Source: Antedon mediterranea
Lineage: Eukaryota; Animalia; Echinodermata
Direction of reading: 5' to 3'
NCBI RefSeq assembly: GCF_964355755.1
Contig: NC_092675.1
Location: forward strand, 25,082,912 to 25,146,911
Length of the DNA stretch: 64,000 nucleotides
This document shows, piece by piece, positions 1 through 11,100 of the stretch. The notes under the pieces are model-generated. The model was not told the origin of the DNA and ran no database searches. It saw only the letters and a program-made list of their open reading frames with translations. Each line of letters starts with the position of its first letter. Positions within the stretch are counted from its first letter, which is position 1. The position numbers and the translations under genes were made by a program.

Positions 1-19
1 CAGTTTTATTACTTCTGTT

Positions 20-210
20 TAGGTACTACGTCTATTAGGTACTACGTCTATTAGGTACTACGTCTATTAGGTACTACGTCTATTAGGTACTACGTCTATT
101 AGGTACTACGTCTATTAGGTACTACGTCTATTAGGTACTACGTCTATTAGGTACTACGTCTATTAGGTACTACGTCTATTAGGTACTACGTCTACTACGT
201 CTACGTCTAT
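20..210. repeat. 16-bp tandem repeat (TAGGTACTACGTCTAT)n, about 11 copies
   Basis: Perfect direct repeats that degrade at the 3' end; lies in an intron of the cadherin-like gene. Confidence 0.95.
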
Positions 211-285
211 TCATCAGACTACTGCAAGACCATATTTAAAAGTTATCTAACTCCATAACATTCATTCATCATTTTTATTTTTTAG

Positions 286-2015
286 ATAATACATCTATTC
301 TTCAGATTAAGGCAAAACTAGATTCTAAAGTTAGGAATAAATATATAATCAGAGTTCGTATACAAGACAGCGGAAAGCCACCTCAATCTTCAAACAATAC
401 GGTGACAGTTATTGTAAAATCCTCTGGTGAGTCTATTTTATATGTATTATCTTTTGTAATTGTTGGTTTATTTAATACACCCATGTTGTACTTTTAATGT
501 TTATATTGTTCTACTGTAGGTTCTGATAGTGATATTTTATTCATAATCATTGGAACCTGTGCTGGCGTGTTTTTACTTTTAATTGGATGCTGCTGCTGTG
601 TATGTTGTTGTAAACGTCGAAATCGGTAAATAAAAATTATTATTATTATGAAAATGTAGTGTTAGTTTCATACTAATCAATTGTATATCTACCAGTATTA
701 GCCTATGAATGCTAAATTACCTTAGTAGGCCTATCTGACATTTTATGATGTTCGCCTATATCCTTGTAGTTTGTATGAACATAGTATAATAGGCCTATTA
801 TTTATCATTAGCATAATGTAATAAAGAGTATAAAAATGTTGATGACGTAATTGTACTTACTAATACACCTGTCGACCATCATCGCAAACTCGGTCTAGAC
901 GCCATGTTAGTGATTGGAGGTCGTGGATTCGAGTGCAATCACGTCAGAGTAGGAAATCTTCTGTCCGGAATTAACCAAGCTAATTTGAAGCAGTTATCAA
1001 ATCTCAATAATTTTAATATTTATGTATATTTGTTCTCTTCACTCTGAATTTATATTATTACTAATGAGTAAATACATTTTTTATATTAAAAAGTTGTTCT
1101 TTAAGGAAATCGTATGACGTAGCAGGTTATACACAGACATACCAATCATTCACACTTGGTCTTAGTGGAGGTAGGCTGTTTGTAATTTAAAAATTGAATT
1201 TTCAATATTCTTCTTCTACATATTGTGTTTAGTTTTATTTATTTCATTTTATTTATGTTATGTCTTTAGGCAATGTGGCCAAGGATTACCAATACTGAAT
1301 TAATCACTGTCCTATCAGATAGGTGGTAATCCCCCTAATACAGGGACTATTTTGTGAACCAGTTCACCGGGGTAACCCCCTAAAAAGCTTTAAGCTTGGT
1401 GCCCACTAGGACGCAACGCAAGGACGTAAGTGAGTTGACCAATCACAGGCGATAGGTTATTCGAACTGTCGCGTGGCATTGGTCAATACGCTTGCGTTGC
1501 GTTTACGTCCTTGCGTTGCGTTTACGTCCTTGCGTTGCGCCCTAGTGGAAACCAAGCTTTATGAAGAACCAATAATATGATATTCATATGCGTGTCTAAA
1601 CCTAGTTTGTATTTCGTTTTCGTTAGGTATGATGAGAGTTGGTGGTGGTTCAAACGGTGGTGTGGACGCTCATCGTCGTAAGTTAGCCAGGCGCTCGCTT
1701 ACCGAAAGTGATCATGGCGATCACGGCCAACACAGCTTCGGGATGGAGTTAAATAGTTTATGTCTATCGAACGATAAGCTCACCACACTGTGTGAAGAAA
1801 ATGAAAAAATTGACAGAGAATTTTATCACTCTGACAGTTCTTTAGATTTAGTTTCCACCGTGTCTTTCTCAGTAGAAGCGAAAACATCGAATTGGGTTAA
1901 AGAAAGTAGAGCAAGAACTCTACGTCCAAAAGAAGATATGCATGAGTATAATCATGTCCCACCTACCTTTACCTTTCGCACAAAACATAGAACATTCACC
2001 CCAACTTATGTATAA
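286..2015 (+). CDS. Cadherin-domain single-pass membrane protein, last four coding exons (5' part outside window)
   Basis: Exons 286-426, 520-625, 1106-1170, 1627-2015, all AG/GT with matching phases (1,2,1). Exon A gives ILQIKAKLDSKVRNKYIIRVRIQDSGKPPQSSNNTVTVIV, the C-terminal half of a cadherin repeat (LDxx..Y..V..DxGxPP.SS..V.V.V). Exon B gives TM ILFIIIGTCAGVFLLLIG followed by CCCCVCCCKRRNR. The last exon joins ORF 1629-2015. AATAAA near 2074. Confidence 0.85.
1393..1558. mobile_element. PIF/Harbinger (Tourist-like) MITE
   Basis: TIR AGCTTGGT(G/T)(C/T)CCACTAGG with an internal palindrome (GACGCAACGCAAGGACGTAA) and TTA on both sides (1390-1392, 1559-1561). Confidence 0.8.
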
Positions 2016-2967
2016 ACGCTTGCGATGGGAGTTGTGCAAATAGTTAATGTGTTTTCCATAATATTTGGAATTTAATAAATTTAGTAAATTACGCTTGCAC
2101 GCAAATGATTTCTAAGCAGCTGTTTAGTCGATATCTTGTTAACTTTGTAATGGTATGTAAGATCCATGCTTTCATAATACGTGTGTTAAATATGATTAAT
2201 ATTCTTAGCTGTCTGTAGAAAAGGTTGAATTAGGCCTCATCTAATGCTTCTTGCTGAATTGTCTGGGGTACGTGCGCCCTAGTCCGTATTCAAAATGTTC
2301 ATAGTGTAAGGAAATATATAAGCCTATTTACGCGTCTCTATAATAATTATTGTTATGCATAATTACTGTCTGATAGACAGGCCTACTAATTGAATTTACA
2401 GATAATAAGCCGTCATGTGACCTAAGAAATTTAACTACCTTCATCAATATGAAATAACCGTTAAACTAATCTGTGTAAATATTCATTGTAAATTAGTTGT
2501 AAATTTAAGGTTTGAACAAAGTACTGAAATAGAGTTTATGCTTGTCCTTGATTAATCTAGGACATTTTGTTTGTTGATGTGTTTATATGTTTTATGTTTT
2601 TTATTTTTTTATTTTTACATAATTACCGTTGTCATTTGTTACGTTACCGTTCTGTGCTAATTTCGTTTTTAATAATAATTTTAAAAAATGTATTACTGTT
2701 TAAACAAAATTATGCAAATTTAGTAGTATAGTGGGACTGAAACTTTACGATCGTCAGTAATAATAGCAGTTTCCAATAATATAGCTGTGCCAATGACTTC
2801 CTGGGCAATAGGGTGATGGGATATATCATAATCGAGGTAGACTTGCCCCAAGCATGGAGGTATAACATTTTATAGCTCCATGCCCCAAGACTGTATTTGT
2901 CTTTTTTATGTTAGTCCACCAGTCGGCGTTTCGATTTTTCCTGAAACGTATGAAACGCTATATGCGC

Positions 2968-3007
<40 letters not shown>

Positions 3008-4493
3008 CTAATTTCGGTCTAACAGTGAGGTAACATTTGATTTGATATTAGGGTGCTACCATGAATGGTCTGTCGACCATCCCGCATTTAAGAGCACTTA
3101 ACAACATCATACAATAAAATGTATAAGCCAGTAATTATGATATGTAATAACAAATCAGTTTATTGATCTGAATAAATCAACATGTATTAATATGTGAAAA
3201 TATCCGTTTAAACTATATTCTTTCAGAAAGTTAGTGTAGTAAGCTAATCCTATTTAGATCTTTAGTCAAATTAAGGTTTTGTTCAGATAATATTGTTTTA
3301 AAAAGAATGATAATCTTACTGACAGTTCAGTAAATTATTAGTATTTATCTGATATTATATCAATGAGATCCTCCTCTACAAAAAAACAGCCTTCAACTTA
3401 TGGAATTACTGCTATAATTTCTCAAGTGAATGAACAGTGCATTTGGGTTAATAATATTGTGAATAGTGTTGTGAATGAAGCTATCGTAAGCTGTCGTTAA
3501 TTATAGTGTAAATTCTGTACAATTGAGACACCTCTATTCAGGTGACACCTAATAGTAGCCTAAACACTTTCCAGTGAAACACTACGGCCAACCCTATCAA
3601 TGGGACATATTACTATGACAATGTGATCGTATCCTAATTAAGCCTAGACTAGAACATCTACAGAAAACATAATTACACATTAGTATTACGAAAATGATAT
3701 GGCATTTTTTATATCTTTGTGCAAAGCCAAAAAAACTCAATACGCCTAAGGATTCTTGTGATTCAAAACAATTAACTTTATGAGTAATGGTAAAGTAGGA
3801 ATTATACAATATTGTACATTTGATAATATAAGTACACCCTATAAACACATATAACTACACCTTGTTACAGAGAATGTCTGCTAGGAAAAATGCGCTTATA
3901 GAATGTATTATGGTATCATAATTTGAAGATGATCTGATACCGGTGTCTTTTTTTTTATATATACACAGTATATTAATATATTTATACTTGTTTTTCTTAT
4001 GTGCTGCAATAGATTTTGGTTAAAGAAAATGAAAATGTATGGTTGGTAACAGATAATACTAATCATAACCTTTGACGAAAACATATGACTGTTTTGTATT
4101 ATACAGTACAACCAGCTATCCCATGGGACACCCTTATTTAAAAAAGACACTTTTTATGTAAAAAGAACGAGGAGAAATAATATGTTTTAACACTGTGGCC
4201 AACTCATATTCAGGAAATACACCTATTAAGGGTTCCAATCCAGCGACGGCAAATCCAATCGAACGTCAATGTTTCGTTTTTACGCAGCTACGCGCATATC
4301 GATTGGTGCTTGACCGCGTGGAGCGTCGTGAAAAAGAAACATTAGTGTTCGATTCGCCGGACCGGAACCGTGCCGGAACAGGTGTGAAAAGCCCTTTAAG
4401 GGGACACTTTTTGTATGGTCCCGAAAGTGTCTCCTTAATAAGGGTTCTATTGTAGTTTAAAATATATTAAATTATTTAGAAAACTGGGTCTAC

Positions 4494-6689
4494 CTAATAA
4501 GTGAACAGCTTGATCGAGCTATTACCATAATTCGCAACAGCAACATGCCTAGCATGAACAGCCAATCCGTATGGATACTTGACACCATCTTGTTCCTTGT
4601 CGATCCTCTTAATGAATCTATCGTTTCTGAATATTTGAATCTTATGATAACTAGCAATGATGACGTCATCTTCATTATCTACCACCACTCCTGTTGGATA
4701 TTCTATCTGACCGTCTCCACGTCCTCTGCCTTGACCGAGTATCCGAAGGTAGCGTCCTTCGTTCGTAAAAGCTTGGACACAATTACTTTCAGAATCCGAC
4801 GCTACAAGTCCCCCTTTTCTAAAAACTGACAGAAACATAGGGCATCTCATATCTCCAATACTAGCCAGACCTCTTGAAATTCTTCGAACAATATTGCCAT
4901 CTTTTGCGAACTGTACTATACAAGGTCCACCCTGATCCGCCACAAACACGTTCCGGTTACTCTCGCATTCAGACACACCCATTGGATCTTTAAGTGAACT
5001 TCTACCAAATCGTCGAACGTAGCTACCGTCTGGTTTACAAACAACTACTTCCCTATACAAGTTATCAGTCATAACTATTTTAGACCTCGAACTAAAGCAT
5101 AATCCACGTATTTTTCTGTTACCGCCAATATCAATATTACCCGCAAGTTTACCAGTACGATAATCCAATTTGAGGATCTCGCTCGTGCTATTGCAAGCAA
5201 GAAGAAGACCGTCGTTTGTAAAACATATATCATGTACGCTGTACGTAGGTGTTTTCCATAGATTTTTTGTCATTATGGTACGTTCTAAACCTCTGTCAAC
5301 CACGTTAACTTTCACCGGCGATCCTTTCACATGATGATCGTATACTGTTATGTGTAGGCGGCATTTTCCAACAACCTCACACACCCCAGCGATCTTGTAA
5401 GATCCATCGCGTTGGTTTGTAAGTTCGGTGACGAATTCTTTTCCAGATTGGTCGATCAAAACTGCTACAATCTCACCTTTTGTCTGAGTCTGCCTTTTCC
5501 CGTTAGAATCCTTTGTTTTTAACGTTAAGTCAAATTTCTGACCACGAATAACCTGAACACCTTCCTCACCAACACTCAGTGTACATTGTTGAGGATCAAT
5601 TGATTTGTATTCCTGTACTTCGCCAAGCTCAATAGTCTCCAGCCGAGAAAGAAAACCTTCCCTAGGCATAAATGTCAGTCTTCCATCATCATCGGGCTCG
5701 AGGCTTGGTAGATTACGAAGGAGGGTTGACATACCATTATAAGCTTTATGGGTTGCAAAAAGAGCAATACTGGGGCTTCCGCTGCTAACAAGACTACAGT
5801 TCAATCGACGAAGTGTAATAAGATTACATGATGCTAATCGAAGCTGCTCAAGATGGGATTCCAATTTCATATTCTTCTCTGTACTCAAAGCGTTTAACTC
5901 TTCGAGAACATTTTCATGTTCAGCCTCAATTATCGATTTAATTTCCTCAAAATATTGATTGATCTGTCTTTCACAACCTTCTGTTGATTCTTTAAGACTG
6001 TCTTGTACTTTGGAAATATCATCAATTGCTTCCTCAAGCTTTTCTTCCACCATTAAAGTCTTCTGTATGATTTTAGATGCAAGTAGCTGATACTCTTTAA
6101 AAACCTGTACTATTGCCCTGACATCATGCTCCGGTACTTTGTGGGTCGTGACGCAGCACTTTGCACAAATCGGCAATTTACACGTCATGCAGTATACCGT
6201 TAGATGTGTCTCTTCATGCACAGGACATTTCATAGATCTTGCGGAGAGTTTTTCACGGTCATCTAGTTTACCATATTCAGCAAGAGTCATAAGTCTGTGA
6301 AACTTACTTACAGAGAGTTTACCGTGTAGACCGGCGCATGTTGTACATAGGAAATCAGAACACTCGGAGCAGAAATGACTTGCGTCTTTGCCACAACCAA
6401 TACAGGAAGAAGTTCTTTTGTTAATCGAATTGTCGGTAAACTCTAACATCCTTCCGATGAAGTGGTTTACTTCAAGTCTGTCTAAGCCTCCTATTGGCAT
6501 GCTGAACTCTTTACGACATGTGGAACAGCATAGTTTTCCTTCCATCGTAGACATTAGTTTCTTCAAACAACTCAAACAAAAAGAATGAAGGCAATCCAGC
6601 GTTCTTGGATCACGGAGTCTTCGAAGACATATTCCACACTCCAGCACCTTGCTGTCAATTTCAAAAAGTTTCTTCACATGCGCAGACAT
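4494..6689 (-). CDS. TRIM-NHL E3 ligase (RING, 2 B-boxes, coiled coil, filamin/Ig, NHL repeats; TRIM2/3/71-like), 731 aa
   Basis: RING CGICLRRLRDPRTLDCLHSFCLSC..CSTC; B-box1 CIGC..CSEC..LCTTC..H..H; B-box2 CPVH..YCMTC..ICAKC..H..H; filamin-type DGSY..HVKGSP; NHL repeats (DPMGVS, YPTGVVVD, YPYGLAV). Probable 5'UTR intron at about 6697-6884. Confidence 0.95.
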   Translation of the reverse strand: MSAHVKKLFEIDSKVLECGICLRRLRDPRTLDCLHSFCLSCLKKLMSTMEGKLCCSTCRKEFSMPIGGLDRLEVNHFIGRMLEFTDNSINKRTSSCIGCGKDASHFCSECSDFLCTTCAGLHGKLSVSKFHRLMTLAEYGKLDDREKLSARSMKCPVHEETHLTVYCMTCKLPICAKCCVTTHKVPEHDVRAIVQVFKEYQLLASKIIQKTLMVEEKLEEAIDDISKVQDSLKESTEGCERQINQYFEEIKSIIEAEHENVLEELNALSTEKNMKLESHLEQLRLASCNLITLRRLNCSLVSSGSPSIALFATHKAYNGMSTLLRNLPSLEPDDDGRLTFMPREGFLSRLETIELGEVQEYKSIDPQQCTLSVGEEGVQVIRGQKFDLTLKTKDSNGKRQTQTKGEIVAVLIDQSGKEFVTELTNQRDGSYKIAGVCEVVGKCRLHITVYDHHVKGSPVKVNVVDRGLERTIMTKNLWKTPTYSVHDICFTNDGLLLACNSTSEILKLDYRTGKLAGNIDIGGNRKIRGLCFSSRSKIVMTDNLYREVVVCKPDGSYVRRFGRSSLKDPMGVSECESNRNVFVADQGGPCIVQFAKDGNIVRRISRGLASIGDMRCPMFLSVFRKGGLVASDSESNCVQAFTNEGRYLRILGQGRGRGDGQIEYPTGVVVDNEDDVIIASYHKIQIFRNDRFIKRIDKEQDGVKYPYGLAVHARHVAVANYGNSSIKLFTY

Positions 6690-7772
6690 ATTTAACTACG
6701 TACAGAAAAAAAAAAGAGTTACTATTAAGTTTAAATCAGTAAGTTATTATAAATTAGCATTACTTAGTGCCTAAGTATTGAACACTATTAGTTAGTTTAC
6801 AAAAACAGTGGGATTATTAAATGTTCGATTAAAAGAAGAAAATATAAGCTTTTTACGAAATACCGGAATAAAAATAATACTTACCGTTGAGTGACTAACT
6901 ATCAGACAGTCTGTCCGCCTTCACTAATTGTCAAATTGTGTCGGAGATGTTAGGTTTGCGTATGGAAGATTCTGTGACCTTTACCTGGTCTTTGTATAAT
7001 AGCAGTGATCAGAGACGAAGGGATTTTAAAGTATTAGTTTTAAACTATCAAATCATTTTTTGACAATAGACCGTTCCGTTCCAGAAATCACGCGAGTTTA
7101 TGAAAAGGCAGGAAGTACACTACAAGTGCAGATTTGTTAACTATAAAATGAGACACTTCTAAATCTCTGTTTTGTTTGAAATAATAAAGTTGATATACTT
7201 ATACACAGTTGAACGAGTGGCTATAATATCTATTGAATAAAATTAAGAATATAAAAATCTATGGATTTACAGCTTTGCGTCTATAGAAATAGATATAGGC
7301 CTATAAAGCCTAAAATTATTCCGCAATATCATTCCAAAAAAGGTGATTGAAAGGGCATGATTTGCATTGTGTATTGATGTGTTTAGATAGCATGGACGAT
7401 GAATTTAAACCAAATTGATATGCATGAATAAGTCATTATAGTTTCAATGGAATTAGTATTGAATTGAAAATGTATGAGCTCTGATTATTTGAACATCTTT
7501 TTGCATCGTAATGGGAAAATAAAATCTAAATATCTTTAACAAATTTTGCATTTTATTTACATCAATTCAAACTAATAATTAAAATTATAATTTAAAGTAA
7601 TAACACTAATAAAGACATCATTCCCATCATAGTAGTTTGTCATGGCATGCATAAATTATTCTCTTGTCCATTTGCGATAAATATTTAGTTTTAGTCTGAT
7701 CAAAATTGTATATATACAGTGAAAACAGTGAAAAACTAAACACCAAGGTAATCAGTTCCACGCCGCCCCTTA

Positions 7773-7951
7773 AGCGTGGTTCCCACTAGCGACGCAACAC
7801 AATGACGTAACGCAACGCAAGTGAATTGACCAATCACAAGCGATGGCTTATTCGCTTGTGATTGCTAACTGTCTATAACTTCGCTTGTCATTGGTTAAAA
7901 CGCTTGCGTTGCGTTTACGTCCTTGCGTTACGTTCTAGTGGGAACCAAGCT
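7773..7951. mobile_element. PIF/Harbinger MITE, same family as 1393-1558
   Basis: AGC(G/T)TGGTTCCCACTAG...CTAGTGGGAACCAAGCT with TTA duplication at 7770-7772 and 7952-7954. Confidence 0.8.
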
Positions 7952-8144
7952 TTAACTGACACAGTGCGCCGTACATAGTACAGTATTGTTGTTATTTTTC
8001 GCAGCCAGACATAAGATCAAAGGACTGTTATGAGTTTCTATCTTGGCAAGGCAATTGGTTAAAGCAGGAGAGCATTTCTCTTTCTACTTCATGTGCAAAA
8101 ATTTTGTTAATAATGTTTTAAAATGTATCCAAACCTGTAGTAGT

Positions 8145-11100
8145 TTAAACAGTTGGGCAGGAATAATATACCATATCAGGAGAACTGGTTCGAGGAAGAC
8201 TTCCAGTCTCTGAATTTAATTCGCATATACTTTCCATTGGATTGAAGCTGATAGATGCACAATTTGAAGAAGAAAGACAGAAGGATAAGCATTCCACTTT
8301 GCTTCGGGCAGCAAGTATTTTATATTGGTATCCCGTTAGCCCATTGCTGATATCCGTTTCTAAACAGTCGCTTATAATTAACGAAGTATCTGAAAAACGA
8401 AACAAAAACGAGGCGAAGCATGAGCACGTATTCATGGAGCGCAAAGACGTTAACTGTAATGGATGACGTAAACATTCTATTCATTTGCATATCAGCCGTG
8501 TAGTTCTGTAAACTGTTGAGGTAACACACATTCGTAGTAGTCAAGACTTCAAGTTACTATTAAAACAATACACGTGAGTATAGTTCTATTTTCTGTAAAA
8601 ATTGTAATTACTTTTATTATGTGTAAGACAGGTTGGAATTTGATTGGTTAATGATATCAAATACATTGAGGAAACAAGTAGGCCTAAATAAGTTGTTTTT
8701 GCACCTTGATGTATTGTATTATTTGGACAAAATTGCATTTTCACGTGTACTGTAGTACACTGTTTAAAACGCCTGTCACTTGAAAATTCATTCACTAATC
8801 TTTGCAATGCCCTCACATATACACCAAAGTAAAAACATCTAAAACATTATTACATAACACTATTTATAAAAGTTTTCACCTTGTTCAGAACAATTGTCAG
8901 TGTAGTACCAGGCTGGGCAAGTACATTGAAATCTGTTAACGTAGTCATTACACACGCCATTATTTTGACAGGGTGACGAATCACATTCATTTATTTCTGT
9001 TAAAAAGAAGTTAAAGCAATAAAATCAATGATAACTGGATTGACTAAACTTCAATTGAAACTACCGGTCAACCCGCTGTTTTGATCAATGTAAATTTGGT
9101 ATTAGCGCCTAGTAAAAAAGATTTTTAAATAGATGGTAAAACGGGTGTCACGAAACCTCAGACCACGAAAGCTCAGACCCCCTAAGACCTAAGATCACGA
9201 AAGCTAAGACCCAACACCTAAGATTACAAATACTAAGATATACTACAGCTTAAAAACAATACTTGTTTATCCATACATAATTTTAAACACAGTTAGGTTT
9301 CATTTATTACCATAAATATAATTTAATACTACCGCAAAACATAGATAAACTCACATTATTTTCGCCCGTTGAGTAAATGTATATTTTTTCTTTACAACAA
9401 ACAAACTTGACGGGTTGTTTGTTGGTATATATTTACTCCATTGTGTTGGTTCAGAGGATGTTTTTCTTACGCACCTGCCTTTCTTGTATTTTGACTCCAA
9501 ATTTGTTGACTAACTTTATCCTGAACACCACACTTTAAAATTAGGACTTATAAGTACTTTCAGAAGGAGAAACACATAATAACAAATAAATAAATCCTTT
9601 AAATTGATGATTTTACAGATGTGTTTCTTTGTATACTGTAATGTAACTCCTCGAGCTCCCCATGCTCAATGTTTTTGTTTCTATGGAGCGCCAAAAGAGC
9701 AACAATAATAGTACAAGTATAAAAACAGAAAGAAAACGAAACAAAAAAACCTTAATCATGATTTTTAAATTAAAATTTATTTGCCAGTATTTATTTCTTC
9801 GTACTTGCATGATTATACTATAATCATTACAATTTTAATTTTACATTGTTCCATCCACACTGTAGATGGACTCCACAGAGTTTTCAGCCCTCTATATAAT
9901 TTTTGCTCTTTTGACGTTCCATAGAAACAAAAACATTGAACATGGCCCATGGGGTAGGCCTACTGTACTGTAGGCTAGTCATTTTGTGTGCGAGAAAAAC
10001 GTCTGTAAAATCATCAATTTAAAAATGTATTTGTTACTTTTTATGTGATTCTTTTTCATGAAAGTGCCAATTCTAAGGTGTGGTATTCAGAATAAATGTT
10101 AGGAGTTAAAATACAAGGCAGGTGCGAAAGATAAATATTTGTAATCTTAGGTGTTGGGTCTTAGCTTTCGTGATCTTAGGTCTTAGGGGGTCTGAGCTTT
10201 CGTGGTCTGAGGTTTCGTGACACCCATGGTAAAACATTAAATTTAAATTGGATTGATCGTATCGATATGGAGCCACCTTTCTGTTATTGTATAGGCATAA
10301 TGTTAACAAGTTTAAATGGTTAAGGAGGTCGGTGGGTGTACCCATTAATCATACATAATATAACAATAATATATTTGTATATTCAATAGTATATAACAAT
10401 GTTGTTAAATATTACCTGTTTCGCAATGTGTGCCACTATAGCCGCCGTCGCATTGACACGTGTATTGGTTTATTGCGTCGACACAAACTCCGTGGACACA
10501 GGGTGAAGAATCGCATTCATTCACATCTAAAAAAAATATGCGTAGTGAAGTGGTAAATGTACCATAATATCTAGCGACTTTCTAATGTTTATATTTGTGG
10601 TGGTTGTGAAATACTCTTGAACATTTGATAGGTTGATTAATTGATTGGCCGATCAATCTATTACCAAAGGTTGGTCAATGGATTAATTGATAATAATTAT
10701 AATTTATTTATTGATATAGTTGGTTTAAGTATCCACCTGCGTCACAGTATGTTCCAGAATAACCTGCATTACATGTGCATGTATACATATTCACTGCGTC
10801 ATTGCAAACACCATTGTTGCATGGAGTTGAAGCACATTCGTCAATGTCTGAAATAAAAATACAGCACTAAATTAAATTACTAAATAAAGAGATTTCTTGC
10901 TAACATTAGTTATGTATTGTTTAATCTATGAAGTAGATTTTATTTCTTATTTTACGGCTTGATTCTGTTGATTCGTAGATGGGCTAACTGTACATCATCG
11001 CTAACTGCACTATCGCTAACTGTACATCATTATCGCCGTAACTGTATCTACTATCGCTAACTGTAACCACTATACGATAACTGTAACCACTATACGATAA

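Noticed and set aside
8320-8546. Extra exon of the SRCR-EGF gene (ORF 8320-8544)
   Set aside because: Weak acceptor and no convincing donor; EGF12 splices in frame to the strong acceptor at 8389.
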